Source of the DNA: a virus
Taxonomy: Duplodnaviria > Caudoviricetes
IMG/VR virus record: IMGVR_UViG_2724679285_000001
Span: 1,782 to 65,781 of that record
DNA length: 64,000 nt
Direction: 5' to 3' (one strand)
Both the position numbers and the translations under genes were made by a program. Below the pieces are notes generated by a model. The model did not search any database. It saw only the letters and a list, made by a program, of their open reading frames with translations, and was not told the origin of the DNA. This document shows positions 26,874 to 36,412 of the stretch, one piece after another (within the stretch, counting starts at the first letter, position 1; every line of letters begins with the position of its first letter).

Positions 26874-27322
26874 CGGACTTCCACCCGTCCATCGGGGTAG
26901 CAGATGGCAACCGGCCGGCCGACTTGCATGGCGTACCGAACAGTCATCCAAGTGCCGGACCGCTGGGACTTGGGGTCGTCCTCAGGCGCGCCGGCCAGGG
27001 CGAGGAGTTCGTCGGTGGCGTCGACGATGTCGCGGTTGCGGTCCAGGTACGGTTTCGCGGGCAGCCAGAGCGCGCGACCGTCGTAGGGCATGCGGAGCGC
27101 GGCGTTGACGGGTGGGTGAACGACCAGGCGTCGGCCGTCGATGCCGTTGTCGATGGCGGCCTGGTGGCTGGCTGCGTCGCTGCCGATGCATGCGCCGTGG
27201 TGCCATTCGAAGCAGTCGTCGAATTGGTGCCATAGCCAGTCGAGTTGGGCGTCGGTGGGTTCGTTGCGGCTGCCGGTGAATCCGCGTTTCGGGTAGCCGC
27301 TGTGGCCGATGGGTGATGTCAC
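26870..27322 (-). CDS. SLOG/DprA-like Rossmann-fold protein
   Basis: GFTGSR...HHGACIGSD...RNRDIVD...LLA...SGTWMTVRYA. Confidence 0.7.
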   Translation of the reverse strand: MTSPIGHSGYPKRGFTGSRNEPTDAQLDWLWHQFDDCFEWHHGACIGSDAASHQAAIDNGIDGRRLVVHPPVNAALRMPYDGRALWLPAKPYLDRNRDIVDATDELLALAGAPEDDPKSQRSGTWMTVRYAMQVGRPVAICYPDGRVEVR

Positions 27323-27445
27323 GGGGTCTCCTCGGGGTTGGGGCAGTCGGGGTGATGGCCTTGGGTTTCGACGTGCCACCCGCAGCGCGGACAGCGGTTG
27401 AGGGCACGTAGCTGGTCGGGGGTGAACAGCAGCCGGATCTTCGGA

Positions 27446-27874
27446 TCAGTCACGGGTGATGTCCCGTCGACGGCGGATGATCTTGCGGCCGGCATTGACC
27501 GCGGCGGCTGAAGGCGACATTGCGTCTCGGGTGCCGTGCTCGGCGGCATCGGCCCCTGTGTCGAACAGCGGAACTGGAGAGCGGTAGTTGAAGCACGCCA
27601 GGATGTCGTCTTGTGTCATCGCGCCGTTGATGGCGGCAAGGCGCAGGCCGAGGAGTTGGTCGCCGTGGCAGCCGACCCAGCCGGCACATACGCGGCGCGC
27701 GTCATTCTCGGCGTCGGTTTGGTGGCAGATGAACAGTCCGGCGGGTTGTTGGCTGGTGTCTTCGTCGTAGCGGCGGAGTTTGGTGTATTCGTCTGGGTGC
27801 CAGACGCCGGATGGGACATCGCGCCGGTATGGGCAGGAGGCGCATGGTTTTGGTGCTGGGCCGCGGGTGTTCAT
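27446..27874 (-). CDS. DUF6283-like Cys-rich protein
   Basis: PCASCPYRRDVPSGVW...F.CH...CAGW. Confidence 0.65.
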   Translation of the reverse strand: MNTRGPAPKPCASCPYRRDVPSGVWHPDEYTKLRRYDEDTSQQPAGLFICHQTDAENDARRVCAGWVGCHGDQLLGLRLAAINGAMTQDDILACFNYRSPVPLFDTGADAAEHGTRDAMSPSAAAVNAGRKIIRRRRDITRD

Positions 27875-28230
27875 CGTGTGTCCAGTCCGTAACGCCTGTA
27901 TCGGCTGGCGTAGTTGGCGGCGTCCCGGCACGCATCACACGCCGGCTCTGAGCGGCGGCGGTGTTGGGCGTAGCCGCGTTCGGTGCCGTGCTCGATCGGC
28001 GCCAACGGCCGGTCATGGTCTTGTTTGGGGCGTTCGAACTCCTGGCCGCCCCAGATGCCTTCGGATCCGGTGCGGATCGCCTCGGCCCGGCACTCGGCGG
28101 TGACGGGGCATTCGGCGCAGACTTTCTGCGCGGCGGCCCGGGCGAGGGTGTCCTTCGGGAGTGGGTGCCACCAGTCTGGGCAGGGGTGGTTGAGGCACGC
28201 TGCTTGGTTCCGCCAGAGCTGGTCAGGCAT
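27871..28230 (-). CDS. whiB: WhiB family transcription factor
   Basis: W...AAC...CAECPVTAEC...GIWGG, plus HGT..GY..H...CDAC extension. Confidence 0.85.
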   Translation of the reverse strand: MPDQLWRNQAACLNHPCPDWWHPLPKDTLARAAAQKVCAECPVTAECRAEAIRTGSEGIWGGQEFERPKQDHDRPLAPIEHGTERGYAQHRRRSEPACDACRDAANYASRYRRYGLDTR

Positions 28231-28780
28231 CGACGTCGACTTTCACGTGACGCCAACTCTCCCCGGCTATCACCTTCTTGATCGAACTGGGATTGCACCC
28301 GTACCGCCTTGCCAGTCTGGGTATTTCGCCATACCCGTAGGGAGCGTTGCGACGAATGTCCCGAACGATTTCCTCCGTCAGGCGTGCGTCACGGTGGCGC
28401 TCACCGTGAGACCTGTTCCCGCGGCCTTTCTGAATACAATCAAGAATGTTGTCGGTATTACTGCCCGGGAATATGTGCGCGGGGTTGCAGCATGGCGGGT
28501 TGTCGCATCTATGGCACGCTTTGACATCGGTGGTTAGCACGTGACCCTGGAGAGCAAGGGCGACGCGAGATGCGGTGACAGGTACACCTTTCCGGATGTA
28601 GAACTGGCCGTATCCCTTTGAGTGTTTCGTAGATCCAAGCCACGGCCAGCAGTCATCGGCGCCGCGAATGTCAACCTTGGACCAGAACCTTTCGAGAAAG
28701 TGGGGCGGTGCGTCTCGCAGATCGAGCGGGCTTCTTGTGAGCTGCTTGCTCCACGCGCTCATAGACTCCCGTCGGCTCAT
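28223..28780 (-). CDS. HNH homing endonuclease
   Basis: RFWSKVD...CWPW...CHRCDNPPCCNPAHIFPGSNTDN, plus C-terminal HTH. Confidence 0.85.
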   Translation of the reverse strand: MSRRESMSAWSKQLTRSPLDLRDAPPHFLERFWSKVDIRGADDCWPWLGSTKHSKGYGQFYIRKGVPVTASRVALALQGHVLTTDVKACHRCDNPPCCNPAHIFPGSNTDNILDCIQKGRGNRSHGERHRDARLTEEIVRDIRRNAPYGYGEIPRLARRYGCNPSSIKKVIAGESWRHVKVDVDA

Positions 28781-29097
28781 CGGTCGGCCTCCGCGGCATC
28801 AGCGGCGGCGAGGAGTGCGGCAGCGAACACGCGGGCCTCGGCAGCAGACGTCACCAGGTCCAGGCCAACGTCACGGATGGAGACACCTCTGTGGTGGACA
28901 CCAGATTCACCCAGGTACACACCCACGGTGCCGACGTCGTTGACGTGCCAGTCGCCTGCATTCTCGGGTAACTCGATCACGGCGTATCCAGCGGCCCGGA
29001 GCGCGTCGAGCTGGTGCTGAGAGTGCTCGACCAAATCCTCAGCCCACTCTCCACACGAGCAGATGGCGTGCTGGGCCAGCACTTCCGCCGCGGTCAT
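28777..29097 (-). CDS. hypothetical protein
   Basis: MTAAEVLAQH...LRAAGYAVIELP. Confidence 0.5.
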   Translation of the reverse strand: MTAAEVLAQHAICSCGEWAEDLVEHSQHQLDALRAAGYAVIELPENAGDWHVNDVGTVGVYLGESGVHHRGVSIRDVGLDLVTSAAEARVFAAALLAAADAAEADR

Positions 29098-29284
29098 CGG
29101 GGGTCCACCAGGCCGCGCCCGAACCCCCACAGCACCCGATGCCGCGCGAGTCGCCAACCACTGATCGGGGTGTACGAGTGCGGCCGGCACGTGTGCAGAT
29201 ACCAGCCGGGATCGAGCCAGGCGGTTGTGTTGCCGCACTGCATGATCCGCCACACACGGATCTGCTTGATAAAGAAAGCAGCCA

Positions 29285-29590
29285 TCAGTCCTCCTCGTTG
29301 TCGGTCCATTGGTGCCCGCACACGCACTCATGCGAGCCGTCGTCGTGCTGGTCGTAGGTGCAGTTGTGGCCAACCCACCCGTACGCGTGGAATCCGACAT
29401 CGCAATGCCCGCCAGTCGATTCCATGCACACGTACAACTCCCGCTCGACCGCGCTCACCGCGCCCTGCCTTGGTTGGCCAGGATCAGGATCAGCAGCACC
29501 GACACACCCCACTGCCAATGCGTGAATAGCAGCCACACAATCACCGCCACCACCAAGCCCCCCGACGACGAGGGCAGTCTCACGATTCAC
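29285..29590 (-). CDS. hypothetical protein
   Basis: 101 aa with RBS GAGAGGAAA; starts about 30 bp downstream of a dif-like site. Confidence 0.45.
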   Translation of the reverse strand: MNRETALVVGGLGGGGDCVAAIHALAVGCVGAADPDPGQPRQGAVSAVERELYVCMESTGGHCDVGFHAYGWVGHNCTYDQHDDGSHECVCGHQWTDNEED

Positions 29591-29620
29591 GGGTGTTTCC
29601 TCTCAAACATGTTGTGGCAC

Positions 29621-29649
29621 TTCGCCGAGAACGCCGACTTATGTCAAGC
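29621..29649. other. dif-like site (TTCGCCGAGAA-cgccgac-TTATGTCAAGC)
   Basis: Closest match in the window to actinobacterial dif as recalled. Confidence 0.75.
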
Positions 29650-29652
29650 TGG

Positions 29653-29850
29653 TCACCAGGTTTGCGCGGCCTCTTCGGTTGCCGTCGCCGGGCGCATAAT
29701 CCAGAATCCGGCCGACTTGAGTTCGTCTACGACATGCGCCGCATGGGCCATACGTCCTGGCCCTGTCCACTCACAAGCTCGTGCTCCACACTTGTCGAAC
29801 CTCACGCCGGGTACGTAACCATGGACCGCAATCACATCAGCAGCTGTCAT
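29653..29850 (-). CDS. hypothetical protein (cassette-borne)
   Basis: 65 aa; RBS AAAGGAAGCAGAG directly after the TTATCGGCG arm; stop 4 bp from the other arm. Confidence 0.6.
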   Translation of the reverse strand: MTAADVIAVHGYVPGVRFDKCGARACEWTGPGRMAHAAHVVDELKSAGFWIMRPATATEEAAQTW

Positions 29851-29861
29851 CTCTGCTTCCT

Positions 29862-29890
29862 TTCGCCGATAACGTTGCGTTCGGTCATGT
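29862..29890. other. dif-like site (TTCGCCGATAA-cgttgcg-TTCGGTCATGT)
   Basis: Perfect left arm and degenerate right arm; flank CTCTG.TTCCTTTCGCCGATAAC shared with 2766-2788. Confidence 0.65.
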
Positions 29891-30038
29891 TGTGGTTCAA
29901 CGGGTCACGCCCTTACCGCGCGGGGTCACGTCGCCCCCAACAGCCAGATCAAACCCCAACCCGCTGTCACGCCAACCCAATTCGTGACGGCCAGCATCAA
30001 CGCGAACTCGAAATGAAACCTCACCGCAGCACCACAGT

Positions 30039-30287
30039 TCACCGGTCCCCCATCCGTTGCAGCCGGTCGTTCTCAACGATCGCGCCGAGCACCTTGTGTG
30101 TCAGGGCGAGCGCCCCATCGCCGTAGCGGTGTTCAACGAACCCGACTGTTTTGCGGCCCTGCTCGCGATAAACCACCCAGCGGTACGTGTTCACCGAATC
30201 CGGTGCGCTACCAGCACTCGTGGTCCTGGTGATCCCGACCGACGTGATCGGATCGTTGTTGACCTGAACATCGACGTAAACGCTCAC
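30039..30287 (-). CDS. hypothetical protein
   Basis: 82 aa; VEHRYGDGALAL motif. Confidence 0.55.
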   Translation of the reverse strand: MSVYVDVQVNNDPITSVGITRTTSAGSAPDSVNTYRWVVYREQGRKTVGFVEHRYGDGALALTHKVLGAIVENDRLQRMGDR

Positions 30288-31195
30288 CGCGGCACCACCG
30301 GGTACTCATCCCACGTGCGGCTGTCGAGCGTCCGGCCGGCTTGCTGCTTTCCGACGCGACGAATCGTGGCGAACGGGGCCGCGGCATGCTGGCCGTGCAG
30401 GTCCCCGATCCGCGCGTGCTGGCCGTCGAAGAAGACCAGATGGTCGTTCACCGTGCGGAAGTCGGGCACGTCCGGTTCGACCGGACGCCACTCCCCCCAT
30501 TGCTTGAACAGGAACGGCACCCCGGCGACCTGGCACTGATCTCGGAGACTGCGTGCCCAGTCGGGGTTCATCGGACGGGCGCAGCGACCAGACTCGCCGC
30601 CGACGATCACCCAGTCAATGCCATCCAAGTCGACATCATCTATCGGTCCAAGCAGAGGCTCACACGAGAAGAACCTGACCGCGGCCGGCGTTTCACGTAA
30701 GGCGTCACCGCGGATCTTCGCCCACTGCTGATTCTCAGCCGAGACACCCAACCAGACGTTCGGCAGCGGCCACATCCCGACCAACTCAGACGCCGAGGGC
30801 GTCAAGTCCTCCACGAAACTGCTGAACTTGCGCGACCTGAGAAGAGACCTCATCCGCGCGTGCCGTTTCGTGAGCACCTGAAACGTGTGCTGCGGGCATC
30901 GAGCCATCACCGAGAAGACGCGTGCGATGTAGTCGTCATGCACTTCGTCGTGGAATAGGTCGGACATCGAATTGACGAAGATGCGTTTCGGCTTGCGCCA
31001 TGTCATCGGCAACGACAACTTGTCAGGCCGACCCTGGACATCGAACCCCCGCTCGAAGTAGTGGCCCGGCGTGCCGCGGAACCGCTCGGCGAACGTCTCG
31101 GCGTAGCAATTGGTGCACCCATCGGAAACCTTGGTGCACCCAGTAACGGGATTCCATGTGGCGTCGGTCCATTCGATGCCGGTCTTGTCGCTCAC
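30284..31195 (-). CDS. DUF5131 (phage gp37/gp68-like) protein
   Basis: IEWTDATWNPVTGCTKVS.GC.NCYA, FVNSMSDLFH, WVIVGGESG and FLFKQWG motifs. Confidence 0.9.
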   Translation of the reverse strand: MSDKTGIEWTDATWNPVTGCTKVSDGCTNCYAETFAERFRGTPGHYFERGFDVQGRPDKLSLPMTWRKPKRIFVNSMSDLFHDEVHDDYIARVFSVMARCPQHTFQVLTKRHARMRSLLRSRKFSSFVEDLTPSASELVGMWPLPNVWLGVSAENQQWAKIRGDALRETPAAVRFFSCEPLLGPIDDVDLDGIDWVIVGGESGRCARPMNPDWARSLRDQCQVAGVPFLFKQWGEWRPVEPDVPDFRTVNDHLVFFDGQHARIGDLHGQHAAAPFATIRRVGKQQAGRTLDSRTWDEYPVVPR

Positions 31196-31782
31196 CGCGG
31201 TACTCCTCGAATCGCGTACGGGCACGGCTCATCCGGGGCAACCGTCGGCATCAGCACATCCCGCCGATACACCGCCGCATCCACGTACTCCTCGAAGCCG
31301 GCCACCTCGACACCGGTCGCCTGATTCACAATCACGACCGTCCTCACGCCGCCACCTCGATAGCGTTGAGCAGTTGCCTGCCGATGTGCTCGGTGTAGGC
31401 GGGTGGAATTGCTTCAGCGATCTCTCTCCGGACGTCGGTCCAGTCGATACCCATCGCCTTCTGCCACTGCGCTACCGTCCCCTTTCCCCCACCATCGCCG
31501 TAGACGGCGAAGTACGGTCCGTCGAACCACTGACCATGCCGGTAGCCGGCCACGCGGCCGCGGTGCGGACGATGGGATAGCTGCTGCAGCGGCCTGTTCG
31601 ATTCGAAGATCCGGTGCCGTATCACCGACAGCCCGAACATCTCCCCGCACAACGTGATCGGATCAATTAGCGGCGCCGTCGGCACGTTCTCGATGACGTA
31701 CGGAAGACCCAACTGTTGCAGGAGCTCACGCGTCGGCGGAACCAGGTCGGGATAATCATCGACGTTCGCATTGTTCCCCCGG

Positions 31783-32309
31783 TTATCTGTAACGACTTCC
31801 GTGGGTGTGTAGGACTGTGTACGACGTACGGTCGGCATCCCCGAATCCCCGTGGGGAACAGTGTTATCTGTAGCGGTGTAACCGACGTGAACACACATCA
31901 GCCGACCCCGCGCGGCTTCAGGTAGTAGTCACATCCGCAGGTGCATCGGGATGGCACCGCACGTAGCTTTCCGGTCGATTCATCGAAAGCTGTCACTTCA
32001 AGGTGGCGCCCCTCCATGTGACCGCAGACGGGACACCGGGAAATCTTCGCTTTCAGCGTTTGGGGCATGGATAGGCACGCAGGGTGGTGCGCACGCCCAC
32101 CGTTGAGGTCCAACTCGGCTTGCCCTTCTGGGATAGCCTCGCCGCATGTTGCGCAAGCGTCGCTCTTACTAGTCATATCGGCGGATGGTTCCTCTCTCTG
32201 CGTCGTAGACATGTGAACCAGGTTGTCGGGGTGGATTATTCGACCTACTCATGTGCAAGTGGTGCTGAACTGCGGCAATGTGGCGCATCGATCGATTCGT
32301 TACGGATAA
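31783..32309. mobile_element. 527-bp MPME-like ultra-small element with 13-bp terminal inverted repeats
   Basis: TTATCTGTAACGA ... TCGTTACGGATAA (12/13 match); no target duplication; extra 6 bp GATGTG at 32310-32315; lower GC than flanks. Confidence 0.8.
31898..32212 (-). CDS. element-borne Cys/His-rich protein
   Basis: CATC...HHPAC...CPVCGH...H...CTCGC; no transposase motif seen. Confidence 0.6.
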   Translation of the reverse strand: MSTTQREEPSADMTSKSDACATCGEAIPEGQAELDLNGGRAHHPACLSMPQTLKAKISRCPVCGHMEGRHLEVTAFDESTGKLRAVPSRCTCGCDYYLKPRGVG

Positions 32310-32541
32310 GATGTGGCAAGGGTCGTGTAGCGCTGACAGGGCGGCGACGCATGGATGGCATCGAACATGGTGCCGTTGTCCACAGCGCCGCGCAGCCAGG
32401 CGATCGCATCAGTCTGGAAGAACTCGAACGGGTAACTGGGTTGCGGGTCGATGTCGACGCCGACTACTTGAAACCCCGCGCGGTGATACCCCATACCGGC
32501 GCCACCTGCACCGCAGAACAAGTCGAGAAGCAGTGGGCGGT

Positions 32542-32799
32542 TCACGATCCGCTCACTTCGCCGCAGGGTGGTTGGGTGTCGATGCGGTGAGCGGCGCGCT
32601 CGGCGTCCTGCCTGGTGTCGAAATGCTTGCCCCCGACTGGCAGCAGCAGCGACGGCAGACCGTCCCACCCGTACGCCCGCAACAGCCACTGCGCACCGAC
32701 ATGACGGATCCGGTACCAGCCACGCACCCCGGCCGCGGTGGCGAGAAGCTCGTTACGGCCGACCGGACGCCACACCAGGCCCGTAGTCGCGGTGGTCAC
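32542..32799 (-). CDS. hypothetical protein
   Basis: 85 aa with coupled junctions. Confidence 0.5.
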   Translation of the reverse strand: MTTATTGLVWRPVGRNELLATAAGVRGWYRIRHVGAQWLLRAYGWDGLPSLLLPVGGKHFDTRQDAERAAHRIDTQPPCGEVSGS

Positions 32800-33626
32800 G
32801 AGGCAGCACCCTTGCGTTGATTGTTGCCGCCCTTGCCGATGCCGAAAGTCCTGTTGGACACCTCGATCTTGCGGCCCGGTTTCTTGTTGTACAGACCCAT
32901 GATCACCAGCGCGGTCAACACCGGCAGCGTCCCAGACTGCATGTCCCGCAACGCCACAGCCTGAGTCGACAACTGCCGCGGCATCACATCCAACAGCGCA
33001 TCAACCAGACGCTCCAGGTCAACATCGTCGCGCAGCTTGTGCAAGATCAACGCCAGACCATGGATGATCGGCGCGTCGAATCCCTCACGCCGCCGACCCC
33101 AGATACCGATGATCAGGCCCAGCACCTCATCGAGGAGCGCGTCGTCGATCTCGGCTACCTTCTCCAACGTGCCGACGCACCCGACATTGCCTTCATTCGG
33201 CGCGGGATCCATTTTGAGGTGGTGTTTGTCGAGGACGGCTTGGACGCGGACGATGATCCATTCGCCGGCGGCTAGCCGTGCCCGGTAGTGGTCGAAGCCG
33301 TTGATCTTCTTGCGTTGCCGGTTCAGCTTGTCGAACAGTTGGGCTTCCTGCTCGACCGTCAAACCCTCGTGGACGTTGGCGACGAGCTTCGGCGGTTCGG
33401 TGAGATTCCTTGCTGCCGCCCAACGGTGCTGACCATCAATCACCGCGTACCGTGGTGAGGCGCCCTCGCCGCGGTCGGACACCTCGATGATCCCTGCGAG
33501 TCTCCGGTCCCAGCCGGCGGACATCTTGCGGGCGTGTGTGGTGTCGAGGAGCCGCTGGTATGTGGGGTCGGCGAAGATCTCGCTGGGGTCCAGGACGGTC
33601 ACGTACACGTCCGACGAGGCGGTCAC
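32796..33626 (-). CDS. ParB-like (DUF6551-type) protein
   Basis: DPTYQR...YAVIDGQHRW...EA.LF..LN. Confidence 0.7.
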   Translation of the reverse strand: MTASSDVYVTVLDPSEIFADPTYQRLLDTTHARKMSAGWDRRLAGIIEVSDRGEGASPRYAVIDGQHRWAAARNLTEPPKLVANVHEGLTVEQEAQLFDKLNRQRKKINGFDHYRARLAAGEWIIVRVQAVLDKHHLKMDPAPNEGNVGCVGTLEKVAEIDDALLDEVLGLIIGIWGRRREGFDAPIIHGLALILHKLRDDVDLERLVDALLDVMPRQLSTQAVALRDMQSGTLPVLTALVIMGLYNKKPGRKIEVSNRTFGIGKGGNNQRKGAAS

Positions 33627-33880
33627 GATTGGCCCCCGTTGATGTGTTCCAGCCGGTAACGCATCTCCCCGACCCGGCCGCGCCAGTAGCTGAACTGCAC
33701 CGTGATACGCGGATCGAACAGGGCGATCGTCGCGCGGGCCGCCCGGATAGCACCACTACGATCCACATAGGTTTCCGACACCAACGTCGGCTGACCGTTC
33801 CCGCGATCCACCGTGTACCAGTATGTCGGCGGCGAGACATCGTGATTCTCCTGCTGCCGCACAAAAATCGGGCGTTTCAT
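33623..33880 (-). CDS. DUF1508-like small protein
   Basis: WYTVDRGNGQPTLVSETYVDRSGAIRA. Confidence 0.45.
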   Translation of the reverse strand: MKRPIFVRQQENHDVSPPTYWYTVDRGNGQPTLVSETYVDRSGAIRAARATIALFDPRITVQFSYWRGRVGEMRYRLEHINGGQS

Positions 33881-34320
33881 GGCTGTTCTCCGTTCGGATA
33901 ATCGAGCTCCAGCCACAACGCGGCCCCCGTGCCGTCCGGCTGGTGGATGACAGGCTCAGGGGTAGACAGGTGATCGGCGTCGTCATCGGGCACTATCCCG
34001 GCGTCCACGAGGCCATCCACCAAGGCTTTGACGGTCGGCCAGAGGTTGTGACGGTCACGCCGCCGGCGATCCCTCGGCCTGTAATGCAGGGTGACGACGA
34101 GCATCTCGGTTCGGGGTGCTTTCCGGCCCAGCAGGGCTGCGACCTGCCGGACATCCTTCGTGACTCTGGCCTTGGCCCTCCAGTGCATCCGCTGGTTGGC
34201 CGTCAGCGGCGGCAGCTTCCACGGCAGGTCGATCCGGAAGCGTTGCGGCCCAACCTGCTCGGGCGCCGGTGGCTCCGGTGGGGGTGGCGGATCGAAACCG
34301 GGGAGCATGTCAGTCGACAT
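33877..34320 (-). CDS. rusA: RusA-like Holliday junction resolvase
   Basis: LTANQRMHW...RRRDRHNLWPTVKALVDGL...VPDD. Confidence 0.75.
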   Translation of the reverse strand: MSTDMLPGFDPPPPPEPPAPEQVGPQRFRIDLPWKLPPLTANQRMHWRAKARVTKDVRQVAALLGRKAPRTEMLVVTLHYRPRDRRRRDRHNLWPTVKALVDGLVDAGIVPDDDADHLSTPEPVIHQPDGTGAALWLELDYPNGEQP

Positions 34321-35149
34321 GCGACTCGTTGACCTCGTTGACTGCGTCAGCGATCGTCTGCGCCAGCGGCCCCCGCGGGTTCTCCACCGTGACCGTCACC
34401 CCGTCGGCCTTCATGCCCTGCAGGATCGTCACCAACTCCGCCTCACCCAGCACCGACTCGATCGTCGGCTCGTCCGTCGCCTCACCCGGCGACGGTGTCC
34501 GCGGCATCGCAGCACCCAACCAGGTGTCCCCGATCTGCACGCGCTGCAGCAGCCGATCCTCGGCGCGGTAGAACTCCATCGGCGCCGACCGCCTCGCGGA
34601 GATCTTCACCAGCGGCTCCAGCACACCGGAGCCCCACGTCGTCTGCAGCGTCGGCGCCCTTCCGGCTTCGGCCCCGCCGGCCAGGAGCCGGCGAACCGTG
34701 TTGATCGGGAACACCGACTCATCGGACGCGTGGAACTGAAACTCGGTGTCCGAGTCGAACAACGCCGGCGTCTCCGACAACGTCACCGTCCAACCTGGAT
34801 GATCACCGGGTTCGGCGTCGTCCGGCAGATCAGCCATCACCATGTCGATATCGACCGTGTGCTCGTTGTTCTTGTCGCCCTTCTTAGCGAGCGACTTGCA
34901 GATCGCGCGGACGCTGGCGGTCGACGACACCGGCCACACCGACGGGTAACGGAGCTGCCCATCGCAGCGGATCCAGGTGTGCCCCAGCACGTAGCCGGTC
35001 GACGACGTGACGGCCAGCAGGTCGACGTTGCCGGGCTCGTCCTTGTACGGCGCCCGGTAGGTGGCGATGTGCACGCCTTTGTCGTTCGAGGTGCGCAGCG
35101 CGTCAGTGAGCACCTCGACGAGCTGCTTGGTGGCGACGGTGATGGTCAT
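34310..35149 (-). CDS. hypothetical protein, possibly sliding-clamp-like fold
   Basis: 279 aa in the recombination operon; ...QRVQIGDTWLGAAMP resembles beta-clamp-like C-termini. Confidence 0.35.
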   Translation of the reverse strand: MTITVATKQLVEVLTDALRTSNDKGVHIATYRAPYKDEPGNVDLLAVTSSTGYVLGHTWIRCDGQLRYPSVWPVSSTASVRAICKSLAKKGDKNNEHTVDIDMVMADLPDDAEPGDHPGWTVTLSETPALFDSDTEFQFHASDESVFPINTVRRLLAGGAEAGRAPTLQTTWGSGVLEPLVKISARRSAPMEFYRAEDRLLQRVQIGDTWLGAAMPRTPSPGEATDEPTIESVLGEAELVTILQGMKADGVTVTVENPRGPLAQTIADAVNEVNESHVD

Positions 35150-35375
35150 AGCTTGTCTCCTGTGGTGGTGCGGGTTTCGATGCCGTATGCGGCGAGAACA
35201 TCCGGGGTGACTTGTGCATCAACGACGGCCGGTGGCAGCCCGAACGCTTGCTCCAACGCCTGCACCTGCGCCAGTTGTGCGTGCGCTGCGGCCCGGGCTA
35301 CGAGGTTGCGGGTGATCGACTCAACGACGCAGTCATCAGCCTTCGCCAACAGGCGCTCCGCTTCGGCGAAGTGGT

Positions 35376-36407
35376 TCATCGCTTGTCGTCCTGCTGATAT
35401 TCGGCGATGATCGCCGCCGCCCCCGCCTCCGTGATGTCCGACTCCGAACCGATCGGCTGACCAGCAATCCCGGAAACAACGATGTACCAACCCTCATCGT
35501 CACCGTCATAGCCCTGCGCGGAACGGATCTGCTTGATCTTGGCGAGCTGTGTCTTGGTTGCCATCATCACCTCACCCGCCTGGGGTTCGGGTGCCGGCTC
35601 CGGCTTAGCCCTCCGCGCCGAGGACCGCGCGATCGCCTCCTCTGAAACGCCCTCGACTGGCGGGAACAACTCATCCTTGTCGTAGCCATCGCGCGTGATC
35701 GAGGTGTAGGTGATGCCCATCTGAGCGACATCGCCGGCGTCCCACTGCCCGCGCTTCTTGCCCAGTTTCGCCTCAATCTGCGACTCGGTAACACCGATGC
35801 CCTTGAACCCTGCCAACATCTCAGACACGCGCTGCGCCAGCGGCTTACCCTCACCGTGCTCCAACGTCTGCCGGCAGATGTTCTGCGCCTCCTCGGTGAA
35901 CCACTTCGGCAGAACATTCGAGATGCACTCACGCACCGCCCGCGCGGCCACGTTGTTGTTGTTGTTGGTGATGTCGCCCAGGTTGGTGAGCTTCTCCCGG
36001 TCGCGGCCCTTCATCCGCTCGTGCGGAACCACGTAGGTGCGGGAGGTTCGCGAGTTCGTCTGCATGTCCCACGCGAACGCCTCGATCTCCGAGCCGTTCT
36101 CGTTGCGGGCCAACTCTTTCGACCCGTGCTCGATGTTCCCCCAGATGCGCGCCAGCTCCCGCATCAGGTGAACGGACGGCCCGTTGCCACGATTCGGGAC
36201 TTGATAGAAGGCCTGGTTCGCCATCGCCAAGGTGCGGCACACCTCCTGCATCTCAGCGGTCGCGCGTTGAATGTTGCGGGGGCAGTTCTGCGCAACGACG
36301 ATCTGCGCCTGGACCTGCGCGACGGCGCGGGACTGCTCAACCGCCGTGGCCTGACTGATCGTGGTGGGTGCAGCGGCCGGGGGCCTGTACTGAACGGGCG
36401 TCGACAT
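35376..36407 (-). CDS. single-strand annealing recombinase (RecT-functional partner)
   Basis: AQVQAQIVVAQNCPRN...GPSVHLMRELARIWGNI; adjacent to the exonuclease. Confidence 0.65.
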   Translation of the reverse strand: MSTPVQYRPPAAAPTTISQATAVEQSRAVAQVQAQIVVAQNCPRNIQRATAEMQEVCRTLAMANQAFYQVPNRGNGPSVHLMRELARIWGNIEHGSKELARNENGSEIEAFAWDMQTNSRTSRTYVVPHERMKGRDREKLTNLGDITNNNNNVAARAVRECISNVLPKWFTEEAQNICRQTLEHGEGKPLAQRVSEMLAGFKGIGVTESQIEAKLGKKRGQWDAGDVAQMGITYTSITRDGYDKDELFPPVEGVSEEAIARSSARRAKPEPAPEPQAGEVMMATKTQLAKIKQIRSAQGYDGDDEGWYIVVSGIAGQPIGSESDITEAGAAAIIAEYQQDDKR

Positions 36408-36412
36408 AGGGG

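Larger units (their letters stand above)
31344..32545 (-). pseudogene. C5 cytosine DNA methyltransferase interrupted by a mobile element
   Basis: 5' part 32545-32316 has LDLFCGAGG and ASPPCQ; 3' part 31782-31344 has YVIENV and AIPPAY. Removing 31783-32315 restores a 222-aa frame (...TTLARGNNAN...). Confidence 0.85.

Noticed and set aside
32224-32246. PafBC motif inside the small element
   Set aside because: TGTCGG is present but the hexamer at N10 is TCGACC, not TANNNT.
31783-32315. Intron or intein in the methyltransferase
   Set aside because: The insertion has in-frame stops (so not an intein), I could see no group I/II consensus, and terminal inverted repeats plus 6 extra bp fit a DNA element better.
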